Positions 10,504 to 19,828 of a stretch of DNA of 64,000 nucleotides are shown piece after piece (position 1 is the first letter of the stretch; each line of letters starts with the position of its first letter). The DNA is from Candidatus Kuenenia stuttgartensis (GTDB lineage Bacteria > Planctomycetota > GCA-002687715 > CAIWVZ01). Where the stretch lies: NCBI GenBank assembly GCA_945860915.1, contig CAMARR010000007.1, forward strand, positions 37,010-101,009, written 5' to 3'. Both the position numbers and the translations under genes were made by a program. The notes under the pieces are model-generated. The model was given only the letters and a program-made list of their open reading frames with translations. It did not search any database and was not told the origin of the DNA.

Positions 10504-11658
10504 GTGAAGTCAGGCTCGATTCCCACTGTTTCTGCGTTCGCCCTTTGCTGTGGCGTCGGAGCGACGTTGGGGCTCGCCCTCTGGGCTTCGAATGCAACCC
10601 CACCTTCGACGCTCTTCGGGACGCCGACCACTCTGGTTCCGGTTGTGTCAGGCGAACGACCCACCGGTTTTCGCAGCACAACGGCGGACTCGAACCCGAA
10701 GGCCCCTGAGACCCGCCCGATCGCCTTGTCGACGGCATCGAGCCCATCGGCCATGGAAGTCGCCACTCTCGTCGCGGGACTGCTGCGGGGCGGGGCCCGT
10801 AACCCCGCCGCGCCGACCCCAGAGGAGGCGTTTCGCCTGCTCCAATCGGATGTCGAGAAATCGATCTTCTTGATTCACTCTACTTTCGCCTATGAATCGA
10901 GGGACCTCGATGGTTCGTGGATTCGTCATACGTCCTCTACCTGGGGCACGGCCTTTGTGGCGCACCGCGACGGCTACCTGATGACGAACAAGCACCTCGT
11001 GGCGCCATGGAAGTTCGACACTGAACTTTGCGCGCTAGTGAGTACCAACGATGTGAAGATCGTGCGCGAATCGACGGTGATATCGGCGTGGCCCGCTGGG
11101 ACCCGCTGTCTTGATGACAAAAAGCAACCACTTCCCGGGACTGGGTTCTCGACGATTGCGGGCACGCTTCATCTAGTGGCAGAAGCCCCGGATTCGTTCG
11201 CACTCAGGACGGGCGACTCGGAACGATCCGATTCCGCCGTCAAAGTCCACGCCCTCGACGACGCAGACTTGGCGATCCTCCGCATCGACAGCCGCGACTA
11301 CCCTGCCCTTCAACTTGCAAGTGAGGCCGACGAAGCCAAGCTCTCGAAGCTCTGCCCCGTCATGACCGTCGGGTTTCCTCGAGGGAACGGCGGGCTTGAG
11401 GGGAATCGTGCGGAAACTTCCGCTTCGACTGGTGCCTTGCGCAAGGCTGAAGCCACCCTTCACGTGACAACGCCGATCATCGCTGGAAATTCGGGAGGCC
11501 CGCTTATCACTCCCGATGGGCGGGTCGTCGGAATCGCGACACGGATCTACTCTGAGACCCTAGGAATCGGCATCAGAATTCGACATGCTCGTGCCCTCCT
11601 TGAGGAGGCGATAGTCGTCGATCGCATCACGTCCGCCGCGATCGTCGCTCCGAAGTAG
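10504..11658 (+). CDS. Secreted or membrane-anchored trypsin-like serine protease (S1)
   Basis: TNKHLV (His), DLAILRI (Asp), GNSGGPL (Ser); hydrophobic N-terminus; start uncertain (TTG 10474 or GTG 10504 after GGAGG). Confidence 0.85.
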   Translation: MKSGSIPTVSAFALCCGVGATLGLALWASNATPPSTLFGTPTTLVPVVSGERPTGFRSTTADSNPKAPETRPIALSTASSPSAMEVATLVAGLLRGGARNPAAPTPEEAFRLLQSDVEKSIFLIHSTFAYESRDLDGSWIRHTSSTWGTAFVAHRDGYLMTNKHLVAPWKFDTELCALVSTNDVKIVRESTVISAWPAGTRCLDDKKQPLPGTGFSTIAGTLHLVAEAPDSFALRTGDSERSDSAVKVHALDDADLAILRIDSRDYPALQLASEADEAKLSKLCPVMTVGFPRGNGGLEGNRAETSASTGALRKAEATLHVTTPIIAGNSGGPLITPDGRVVGIATRIYSETLGIGIRIRHARALLEEAIVVDRITSAAIVAPK

Positions 11659-11672
11659 GACCCCGCCTGCGA

Positions 11673-12425
11673 TCAGCGCCAGGCGGCAAGCAGGATCGCG
11701 ATCGCTGCGCCAACGTTGAGCGACTCGATCTCCGCCTGGAGTGGAATGGTCACCCGGCGCGTTCCCACTTCCCCCTTGGGTACTTGAGTCCCGCCGCCCT
11801 CGTTGCTCGCGAGGAGCACCCACCGCCGACCTGGATTGAGCCGACGATAGTCTTCTCCCTCACGAACGTCCGGAACAATGACCAACCGAGTCGCTGCTCG
11901 TGACGCGTTGAGAACCTCGCTCAGCGTTCCCTCCACATGGGGAATCCGCAACAAGGCCCCGGCGGATGCGCGAAGCGCGCGCACGCCCATCGGATCAGCC
12001 GTCCCGGGTGTCGTGACCAACAAGCCAACGCCCAACGCGGCGGCCGTACGAGCCAGCGTGCCAACATTGCCTGGATCCTGCACCGCCTCGAGCACGAGAA
12101 TTGGTGCCGTTAGCCGGGCAAACATCGAAAGGTCACCCGATCTAGGACGACGAGCGATGGCAGCAACTCCCGTAGGGGTCTTTTGTTCCACGACCCGCGC
12201 CAATTCCGACTCTGTCACTTCGGTCACTCGGACATCTGGCAATCGCATCGACCACGCGCCGGCAATCGCTGGCCCAATTGCCAGAATCTCGGTCAGAAGG
12301 CCTGCCCGCGCGCCCTCCTCAACCAAATGAGGCCCTTCGAGCCGGATCAGTCCCTGCTCTTTCCTTACGCTCGCCTCGTCAAGGGACCTCCAGGCGGCGA
12401 CCACTGATTTACTCAATCGCTCCAT
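11673..12425 (-). CDS. TrmH/SpoU family RNA methyltransferase
   Basis: VQDPGNVGTLARTA, SNEGGG, ESLNVGAA SPOUT motifs. Confidence 0.92.
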   Translation of the reverse strand: MERLSKSVVAAWRSLDEASVRKEQGLIRLEGPHLVEEGARAGLLTEILAIGPAIAGAWSMRLPDVRVTEVTESELARVVEQKTPTGVAAIARRPRSGDLSMFARLTAPILVLEAVQDPGNVGTLARTAAALGVGLLVTTPGTADPMGVRALRASAGALLRIPHVEGTLSEVLNASRAATRLVIVPDVREGEDYRRLNPGRRWVLLASNEGGGTQVPKGEVGTRRVTIPLQAEIESLNVGAAIAILLAAWR

Positions 12426-12469
12426 GGGTTCACGATACCGTGTTCGTAGCGTTGTCGAGTCGAATATCC

Positions 12470-13441
12470 ATGAAGGACCTCTCCAAACCCATTGAGCGCA
12501 TCGAACACACGGTCACCGCAAGTGAATCGGGTGGACGCCTCGATCATGTTCTTGCGGACTGGGTCACATGGAGATCCCGGGCCGACTTGCAGAAGCGCGT
12601 CAAGGCCGGCACCGTCGTCGTCAACGGGAAACCCGCCAAGCCCCGGACCAAGGTTTTCGACGGTGACTTAATTACGGTCTTCGTTGAGAACGATGGCGAT
12701 GTCTCCGTCGATGTCAACCAGATTCCACTGAACATTCTCCACGAAGAAGAGACTTTCGTGGTCCTCGATAAGCCGTCCGGTGTCGTCATGCACCCTGTAG
12801 GCAAACATGTCTATGACACGCTGATGAATGTGCTGCATGCGCACTATCGTCGCGATGATCCGGCATTCGACGTCACCCCGATGGTCGTACATCGACTAGA
12901 TCAAGACACTTCCGGCGTGTTGCTTGTTGCAAAACAGGAGGAAGCGCGCAAACGGTTGGGGGCGGCCTTTGAGGGCCGTGAGGTCTCGAAAGAGTATCTC
13001 GCAATCGTTCACGGAAGAGTGGAGAAGGACGCATTCTCCGTTAATGAATCGATTGGACTTGATCCACGCGGTCTCAACAAGACCATGATGGCATGCATTC
13101 CGACGGGCCGTTCTTCGTTGACGGACTTCAAAGTCGAAAAGCGCTTTGCTAACGCCACGCTCGTCAGGTGCTTCCCCAAGACGGGTCGACAGCATCAGAT
13201 TCGTGTGCACCTAGCCCACGTCGGCCACCCCATTCTCGGTGACTCCCAGTATGGATCGAAGTCTGAGATTACTGCGGGAGACTTGGGGCTCGGTGGCGAT
13301 CCTGACCGCGTGGTGCTCGACCGCCAGGCGCTTCATGCATCACGACTCGTCGTACCGCACCCAGTGACCGGCGAACAAGTCGGATTCGATGCGCCACTTG
13401 CTCCGGATCTCGCGACCCTCTGCGCCGAACTCGACGCCTAG
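12470..13441 (+). CDS. RluA/RluD family pseudouridine synthase with S4 domain
   Basis: S4-like N-terminus (RLD..L, SR..LQK), DKPSG, HRLDQDTSG, TGRQHQIRVH, QALHA. Confidence 0.95.
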   Translation: MKDLSKPIERIEHTVTASESGGRLDHVLADWVTWRSRADLQKRVKAGTVVVNGKPAKPRTKVFDGDLITVFVENDGDVSVDVNQIPLNILHEEETFVVLDKPSGVVMHPVGKHVYDTLMNVLHAHYRRDDPAFDVTPMVVHRLDQDTSGVLLVAKQEEARKRLGAAFEGREVSKEYLAIVHGRVEKDAFSVNESIGLDPRGLNKTMMACIPTGRSSLTDFKVEKRFANATLVRCFPKTGRQHQIRVHLAHVGHPILGDSQYGSKSEITAGDLGLGGDPDRVVLDRQALHASRLVVPHPVTGEQVGFDAPLAPDLATLCAELDA

Positions 13442-13941
13442 GACTCAGACACTCCGAGGTGCTCCGAAACGAGCCGCCCATAGCGCTCGACTGTATCCCG
13501 CATCATGTCGACTTCACTCGACTTGACCGCACGAAACAGGCGCGCCGGATTGCCGACCGCCAGCATTCCATCAGGGACTGTCATTCCGGGAGTGACGACC
13601 GCGCCCGCCGCAACAAGCGCGCCCGCGCCAACTCGTGATCCAGGAAGCAATATCGCGCCCATCCCGATGAGAGCGCGATCCCCGATCGAGATCCCGTGAA
13701 CAATCGCACCATGTCCGATGGTGACTTCGCGGCCGATCGTTACATGCTCATCGTGTTGTGGATGGATGCATGCGAGATCCTGAACGTTGGTGTCCTCGCC
13801 GATCGTGATTGATGCAACATCTCCACGAATGACGACGCCATACCAGACAGACACTCGAGCGTGCAACGTTACGCGTCCAACAACGGTCGCATTGTCCGCA
13901 ATGAAGGCAGGACCAACGGCTTCCAAGTGAGGTTTTCGCAT
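13438..13941 (-). CDS. Gamma-carbonic anhydrase family (YrdA-like) hexapeptide-repeat protein
   Basis: IRGD, TNVQD..CIH, TIGHGAIVHG, left-handed beta-helix repeats. Confidence 0.92.
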   Translation of the reverse strand: MRKPHLEAVGPAFIADNATVVGRVTLHARVSVWYGVVIRGDVASITIGEDTNVQDLACIHPQHDEHVTIGREVTIGHGAIVHGISIGDRALIGMGAILLPGSRVGAGALVAAGAVVTPGMTVPDGMLAVGNPARLFRAVKSSEVDMMRDTVERYGRLVSEHLGVSES

Positions 13942-13946
13942 GGGAA

Positions 13947-14738
13947 TCAGTGAGGCGTGCCGCCTCTAATCCACGTTTCATAAAGAACAACAACTAAGTT
14001 GTGCATTCCGTGAGCCGCGATCGGGACCAAGAGGCTCCCCGTTCTGGCCGCCGCCAATCCCAAGAGCAAAGACAGCGCCATGACCGAAACCCAGGTCTGA
14101 GGTTCATGCAAAACGGTGAACGCGAGCGAGGAAACCACAACGGCAATTGCTCGGGATCCCGACCATCCCGCAGACGCGATGATGCCCTCGAGGCCCCGTT
14201 GCAGGAACCCTCGAACCATGAGTTCCTCAAACAGCGGAACAGCAAGCGTGACAGCCAAGGCCCTCACCACGAACTCAGCTGTCCCGGCACTCGCGACAAT
14301 CGCCTTGAGCGCATCCTGGGACTTCTGCGCGTCCGGAAACCACCTTAGAGTCAGCGCGTGCAGCGCAAATACAGATGGAATGATGAGCGCGTAGGCCGCG
14401 ACTCCACGGCCCATCTCAGCCGCGAAGCGAGGCCGACGGATCCCGATGAGATCCAAAGCGGGCGGAGATAAGAAGGCCGCCATCGCCAACAGGAACGCGG
14501 CCACCCCAAGGTGCGCCACCAGCAGCGTGAGTGCTTCCATTAGCGGGGCCGCGTTGCGACCCACTACGGTTAGGCTGCCCATCAGAAGCAACGCTAGGAA
14601 TGAACCGGCTACCAGCCGGTATGAACTCCCCGCGGGTGCGGGCGCGCGCTCGGCTGCAGGAAGAACGCGGGCCGCAACCCAGAGCGCGAAAGGCGCGACG
14701 AGGACTCCCAACGCGATGAGTGAGGTGTCGAGGGTCAA
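13947..14738 (-). CDS. CPBP (CAAX/Abi) intramembrane metalloprotease
   Basis: PLFEELMVRG (EExxxR), FTVLH, HGMHN; multiple TMs. Confidence 0.9.
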   Translation of the reverse strand: MTLDTSLIALGVLVAPFALWVAARVLPAAERAPAPAGSSYRLVAGSFLALLLMGSLTVVGRNAAPLMEALTLLVAHLGVAAFLLAMAAFLSPPALDLIGIRRPRFAAEMGRGVAAYALIIPSVFALHALTLRWFPDAQKSQDALKAIVASAGTAEFVVRALAVTLAVPLFEELMVRGFLQRGLEGIIASAGWSGSRAIAVVVSSLAFTVLHEPQTWVSVMALSLLLGLAAARTGSLLVPIAAHGMHNLVVVLYETWIRGGTPH

Positions 14739-15535
14739 GGAGATGGCTTGGAGGTCGGGCCGATTGTGCCGGTCGTCGGTGACGATGGCGAGGCGGCGGT
14801 TGACCGCGCAATGCGACCCGCAAGAAACGCCATTCGTCCCGCCTCACACGCCAATCCCATGGCACGCGCCATCGAAACCGAGTCAGAGGCAAGCGCCACC
14901 GCAGTATTGAGTAAGACTCCATCAACGCCGAGTTCCATCGCAATCGCGACGTCCGACGCCGTTCCGACGCCAGCATCGACGATGACCGGGACGCGTCCGG
15001 CGACCGTATCTCGAACTAGTCGGATGTTCAGCGGGTTGAGAATCCCAAGCCCCGATCCAATCGGCGATCCAGCAGGCATCACCGCCGCAACGCCTACGTC
15101 GACGAGTCGTCGGGCGAGAATCGGATCATCAGAGGTGTACGCCATGACGATGAATCCCTCGCGGGCGAGGATTGCCGAGGCTTCAAGAGTTCCAATCGGA
15201 TCGGGTAGCAACGTGACCGGATCACCAAGGACTTCGAGCTTCACCCACGGCGTGGAAAGTGCTTCACGCCCAAGGTGCGCGGTTCGAACCGCATCCTCGA
15301 CGGTGTAGCAGCCCGCTGTATTGGGAAGCAACGAGATCTTCGCCCGGTCAATGTAGTCTAAAATCGATGGGCCTGACTTCCCGGTGAGATCCACGCGGCG
15401 CACCGCCACAGTCACCATTGAGGTCTTCGAGGCTTCGTGGCACGCGCGCATTTCCTCGTGGCTGCGGTACTTCCCAGTCCCAAGAAGCAATCGTGACTGA
15501 AACTCCACGCCGGCGATCTTGAACGGCAAAGACAT
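14735..15535 (-). CDS. thiG: Thiazole synthase
   Basis: SRLLLGTGKY, LPNTAGC, KLEV, MPAGSPIGSG, DAGVG..SD, LLNTA; start ATG 15535. Confidence 0.97.
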   Translation of the reverse strand: MSLPFKIAGVEFQSRLLLGTGKYRSHEEMRACHEASKTSMVTVAVRRVDLTGKSGPSILDYIDRAKISLLPNTAGCYTVEDAVRTAHLGREALSTPWVKLEVLGDPVTLLPDPIGTLEASAILAREGFIVMAYTSDDPILARRLVDVGVAAVMPAGSPIGSGLGILNPLNIRLVRDTVAGRVPVIVDAGVGTASDVAIAMELGVDGVLLNTAVALASDSVSMARAMGLACEAGRMAFLAGRIARSTAASPSSPTTGTIGPTSKPSP

Positions 15536-15741
15536 CAGCCACCTCCCACCAAGGACACGACCTCGAAAACGTCGCCCGCTCCAACTTTGACTTCGGGCCA
15601 AGTCGAACGAGGCAGGACGCTTCTGTTCCGTTCGATAGCGAGCGCCATTTGCTCAGGAATTCCTAATTGAGAAAGCAGGCTCGCGACAGTAAGTCCGTCG
15701 TCGACATCGCGCGGCGTTCCGTTCACTGTAATAGGGATCAC
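15535..15741 (-). CDS. thiS: Sulfur carrier protein
   Basis: 68 aa ubiquitin-like protein, ITVNG...EVVSLVGGG C-terminal GG; directly upstream of thiG. Confidence 0.95.
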   Translation of the reverse strand: MIPITVNGTPRDVDDGLTVASLLSQLGIPEQMALAIERNRSVLPRSTWPEVKVGAGDVFEVVSLVGGG

Positions 15742-17135
15742 GATTCGCTCTCCGGCGATGCCTCACGGATTCGCTCCATTCGATATTGAAGCGCGCGACG
15801 TGTGATACCGAGCGCTCGAGCCGTCCGCGAAAAGTTGCCCTCACATCGCCTCAGGGACTCGAGAAGAATTGAGCGCTCGAGTCCATCGAGCGTCATCTTC
15901 CCAGACAGGATCGCCTTGAGGGTCTCCTCGATGGCCGCCGGCTCCGGTGACGACTCAAGTCCTAAGTCCGCCACTTCCAGCACATCTCCGCGCGAAAGGA
16001 CCACGGCGCGTTCGACGGCATTCTCAAGTTCACGAACATTGCCAGGCCATGGAGCTGCGGCAAGTGCCTCATGAGCTGCTTCTGAAAGGCGCATGGTCGG
16101 ACGCCCATCACGCGTGGCGTATCTCGCCAAGAAGGACTCGGCGAGCAATGGGATGTCTCCCCGACGCTCTCGAAGCGCCGGAAGGCGCAACTCGACGACG
16201 TGAAGCCGGTACCTGAGGTCCTCACGAAAAGCACCATCCGCAACCTGTTTCTTGAGGTCGCGATTGGTGGCGGCGATGACTCGGACGTCGACGGGGTGAG
16301 GCCCCTCCGCACCCAACGGCTCGACCTCGTGCTCCTGCAGTACGCGCAGCAATTTTGCCTGAAGATGAAGAGGGATCTCTCCGATCTCATCGAGAAAGAT
16401 CGTGCCCCCATCCGCAAGGTCGAATCGTCCCTTGCGATCCCCTATAGCGCCGGTGAACGCGCCCTTTCGGAAACCGAACAACTCGGATTCGAGTAACGCT
16501 TCAGGCATCGCCGCACAGTTGACTCGAATGTAGGGTCCAGCGCGTCGCGGACTCGAAGCGTGGATGTGGCGTGCGAGCAGTTCTTTGCCGGTCCCCGACT
16601 CTCCCGTCAGCAGCACGTTCGCTCGACTCTGAGCTGCGCGGGTCGCACGGTCGACGATGTCCTTGAGGACCGATGAACGTCCCACGATGTCTGTCGCACC
16701 GCCTTCAGCTTCGACGGACGCGCGCAAGAGCGAGTTCTCACGCTCGAGTGTCCGAAGTCGAAGCGCCTTGCGCAGCTTGATCGCGATCTCTTCGGCATCG
16801 ACGGGCTTCGAAGCGAAATCTGCAATACCGGCCTTCATCGCTTCGACCGCCGTCTCCATCGTCCCAAATGCGGTGACGACGATTCCGACCAAATCTCGCC
16901 GCGATTCCCGCATCGATAGAAACAGTGCCAATCCAGTCATGCCGGGCATGCGCCAGTCCGTCACCAGGGCATCCGGTGGCGTTTCTTTGAACTGCTTCAG
17001 GGCGGCCTCAGGCCCATGTGCCGATCTCGCATCGAAGCCCTCTGCCACGAGAACTTCCGCAAGCAGGTCCGCCTGTGATGCGTCGTCGTCGACGACAAGC
17101 ACGGTCTTTTTTGGGGCTGGAGTGCCTGTTGACAT
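15738..17135 (-). CDS. Sigma-54-dependent response regulator (NtrC/AtoC family: REC-AAA+-Fis HTH)
   Basis: [36 protein letters not shown]-terminal HTH. Confidence 0.96.
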   Translation of the reverse strand: MSTGTPAPKKTVLVVDDDASQADLLAEVLVAEGFDARSAHGPEAALKQFKETPPDALVTDWRMPGMTGLALFLSMRESRRDLVGIVVTAFGTMETAVEAMKAGIADFASKPVDAEEIAIKLRKALRLRTLERENSLLRASVEAEGGATDIVGRSSVLKDIVDRATRAAQSRANVLLTGESGTGKELLARHIHASSPRRAGPYIRVNCAAMPEALLESELFGFRKGAFTGAIGDRKGRFDLADGGTIFLDEIGEIPLHLQAKLLRVLQEHEVEPLGAEGPHPVDVRVIAATNRDLKKQVADGAFREDLRYRLHVVELRLPALRERRGDIPLLAESFLARYATRDGRPTMRLSEAAHEALAAAPWPGNVRELENAVERAVVLSRGDVLEVADLGLESSPEPAAIEETLKAILSGKMTLDGLERSILLESLRRCEGNFSRTARALGITRRALQYRMERIREASPESES

Positions 17136-17161
17136 ATGGAAAATCTACCGGGCGCGCTCCC

Positions 17162-18481
17162 CTAGGAAAACCGCTTGGGTAGCCGAACTGCAAGAACCAG
17201 GCCAATCGGGTCCCCTGACGTCACCGTGAAGGTCCCGCCGTGGCATTCGACAACGGTCCTCACCATGGCCAACGCCAGTCCAGCACCATCGCCGCGAGAG
17301 GCTGCGATCGGATCAAGAATTCGTCGTAACTCCATTTCGTCAGGCGCGGTCGCGGAATCCGAAATCGTAATCACCGCGCCATCGGCAGTACCTTCAAGTG
17401 CGACACGAACCTCGCCCCCCCCCGTTTCGACACGACTTCTATCTATTGCGTGGGCCAGCAACGCGGCAACGGCCTCGCCGAGTTTTTCACGGTCACCCTC
17501 GATCGAAAGCGACTTCATGGTTTCGGCCGAGAGCTTCACGTGCGCGTCTTGAGCCGTCGCCTGCGCGGCCTCAATTCTCTCCGTCATGAGATGCCCGATA
17601 TCGATCATGTCTAGCGTGAGGTCGCCAACACGCGTGAATCGAACGAATGAGTCAGCAACCTTGCGGATCTTGCCAACCTCGTTCGAGATGCGCGCGAAGT
17701 CGCGTTCGCGTGGATCAGTTTCCCCTCGCCGGAGCGCCCTTTCGATGACTTGAACCGAGAGGTTGATCGCATTCAACGGGTTGCGGATTTCATGCGCCAA
17801 TCCTGCGGCGACCTGGCCGATGGCATGGAGCCGAACGAATCGCTCGCGTGACCGCCCCTCCGCGTTGAACTGCGCCTCGCGGATGAAATAGGCGATCACG
17901 GCAAGCGCGTAGATCAAAAGGCCAACGACACAAACGGCCAAGATGACGAACCCGTTGAAGCCGTCCCACATGGCTTCGGTCAGGTCGAAAAGCAGAAACA
18001 CCTCGGCATACACTGCTCGCCCGGGCGTCCCACTGCTTGGAACGACGAATGCCGCAGTCACGGGAAGGCGGCTCCCGCTTCGGCGTCCCAATACCACCCC
18101 GACGGTGCCATCGCTCGGGGGCATGACCGGGGCAACGCCGCGCATCGGTGGGCCCACGACAGCCAGCGGCGTCCCGTTTGGGGCCCGAATCGTGATTCCG
18201 TAGAGGTTAGGAAGGCCGAGATAGTGATCCTCGATCTCCGGGTCCAACTCAGACCAGATCGAGGGATCATCCGGCCGAGCCGACCTTCTGAGCTCCGATG
18301 AGAGTTTCTCCCGAAAGGTCTCGCCCATAGATCGAGCCTGTGCCTCGATTTGCGAGTCGACCAATCCCTCGGCCTCCGAACGGACCATGAAGACGAAGGC
18401 AGCAAGAACTACCGCCGCAAGCAGGGCAATGGCCCAGACGAGGGAACTCGAGGCCTTCTTGGTAAGGAAAGTCGGTTTCAG
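17162..18481 (-). CDS. Membrane sensor histidine kinase-like protein with degenerate ATPase domain
   Basis: Two TM segments, H-box GLAHEIRNPL intact; N/G1/F/G2 boxes degenerate; start uncertain (CTG 18481, TTG 18592 or ATG 18388). Confidence 0.8.
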   Translation of the reverse strand: MKPTFLTKKASSSLVWAIALLAAVVLAAFVFMVRSEAEGLVDSQIEAQARSMGETFREKLSSELRRSARPDDPSIWSELDPEIEDHYLGLPNLYGITIRAPNGTPLAVVGPPMRGVAPVMPPSDGTVGVVLGRRSGSRLPVTAAFVVPSSGTPGRAVYAEVFLLFDLTEAMWDGFNGFVILAVCVVGLLIYALAVIAYFIREAQFNAEGRSRERFVRLHAIGQVAAGLAHEIRNPLNAINLSVQVIERALRRGETDPRERDFARISNEVGKIRKVADSFVRFTRVGDLTLDMIDIGHLMTERIEAAQATAQDAHVKLSAETMKSLSIEGDREKLGEAVAALLAHAIDRSRVETGGGEVRVALEGTADGAVITISDSATAPDEMELRRILDPIAASRGDGAGLALAMVRTVVECHGGTFTVTSGDPIGLVLAVRLPKRFS

Positions 18482-18550
18482 CGGAAAAATCCAATTCGCC
18501 CGGTTCGGCCTGATTTCCGCAGGGAACGGAAATGCTGATGGGCCCGAGGC

Positions 18551-18578
18551 TTGACGCGGCCCGGGATACGGGTAGGTT
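18551..18578 (+). promoter_or_regulatory. Putative sigma-70-type promoter of the nusA operon
   Basis: TTGACG (18551-18556) - 16 nt - TAGGTT (18573-18578), upstream of the leader hairpin and nusA. Confidence 0.45.
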
Positions 18579-18627
18579 ACTAGACCTAGCAAGGTGCGTG
18601 CTTTAGGTGCCAGGTGCGAGGCTCGGA

Positions 18628-18656
18628 ACGTGGGTACGCCCACGTCTCTTTTTTTT
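18628..18656 (+). terminator. Leader hairpin / attenuator upstream of nusA
   Basis: ACGTGGG-TACG-CCCACGT perfect stem followed by CTC and a T run, about 70 nt before the nusA start. Confidence 0.7.
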
Positions 18657-18726
18657 CTGCGCGGCAGCGGGTCGTGCAGGGGGCCCAACTCCGGGGGTAC
18701 CCCACGTTCGCATCCAAGGACGTGCC

Positions 18727-19764
18727 ATGGCCGGCAATGCGGAACTACTTCGACTCGTGGAGGCGCTCCACAAGGAGAAGGGGATCTCAACCGAGAGGCT
18801 CCTATTCGCTCTCGAGTCCGCTATCGCTGCGGCTGTCCACAAGAAGTACTCGGAAGAAGACGACGTCCGCGTTCAGATTGATCGTACCTCGGGCGACATC
18901 CGAGCATGGCGCAACGGCCTCCTCCTCCCGATGAATTCCGGGGAGCTCGGCCGTATCGCCGCTCAGACCGCAAAGCAGGTCATCATTCAACAGATTCGTG
19001 ACGCGGAACAAGAAGCCGTCATCAGCGAGTACCAGGACCGCATTGGCGAGCTCGTGACTGGAACAATCGTCCGCTTCGAACGCGATGACGTAGTGATCGA
19101 CTTGGGTAGCGGCGGCGAAGCCGTCCTCCCCCGCACCGATCGTGTGCGTGGCGAGAATTACCACGTCGGCGATCACATTAATTGCGTCATCATTAACGTT
19201 TCGAAATACGGGCCACGCGTACGGATCATCCTCTCGCGTACAACGCCAGATTTGGTTCGTCGGCTGTTCGAACGTGAAGTTCCAGAAGTATCCGAAGGCA
19301 TCATTCAGATCGTAGCGTTGGCTCGTGAACCAGGCTATCGCTCGAAGATCGGTGTGACGTCTAGCGACCCACGCATCGACTGTGTCGGTGCTTGCGTTGG
19401 CGTTCGTGGCTCGCGCATCCGCAAGGTGACGGACGAGCTCGGCGGCGAGAAGATCGACATCATTCCTTGGAATGACTCCGCTGAAGTTCTAGTGATGAAT
19501 GCCCTGAAACCCGCCGACATCAAGAGCATCACGCTCTTTGAAGAAGAGGGTAAGGCTGAAGTCGTAGTCGACGATGAGCAACTCTCGCTCGCCATCGGCC
19601 GTCGAGGACAGAATGTTCGGCTCGCAGCGAAACTGACGGGATGGGACATCAACATCGTTTCGGGTTCGGATGACTCGGTGCAGGCTCAGGCCGCAGCAGC
19701 CGACGAGTTCGACAACGCAACAGGCTCCAATGATGAAAATCAAGGCGGGAGCCCGGGGGGCTGA
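18727..19764 (+). CDS. nusA: Transcription termination/antitermination factor NusA
   Basis: GRIAAQTAKQVIIQ, S1 domain, LFEREVPE, AREPGYRSK, GACVGVRGSR, SLAIGRRGQNVRLA. Confidence 0.98.
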   Translation: MAGNAELLRLVEALHKEKGISTERLLFALESAIAAAVHKKYSEEDDVRVQIDRTSGDIRAWRNGLLLPMNSGELGRIAAQTAKQVIIQQIRDAEQEAVISEYQDRIGELVTGTIVRFERDDVVIDLGSGGEAVLPRTDRVRGENYHVGDHINCVIINVSKYGPRVRIILSRTTPDLVRRLFEREVPEVSEGIIQIVALAREPGYRSKIGVTSSDPRIDCVGACVGVRGSRIRKVTDELGGEKIDIIPWNDSAEVLVMNALKPADIKSITLFEEEGKAEVVVDDEQLSLAIGRRGQNVRLAAKLTGWDINIVSGSDDSVQAQAAAADEFDNATGSNDENQGGSPGG

Positions 19765-19828
19765 CCGCAAGGTCGGCCCTTAGTCGATCGGATCTCCCGG
19801 TCGATTCGGTTCGAACAAAGAAGAACAC

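Noticed and set aside
18482..18790. Long N-terminal extension of the kinase ORF overlapping nusA and its leader
   Set aside because: Non-protein-like composition and overlaps the nusA promoter, leader and start; the real start is downstream
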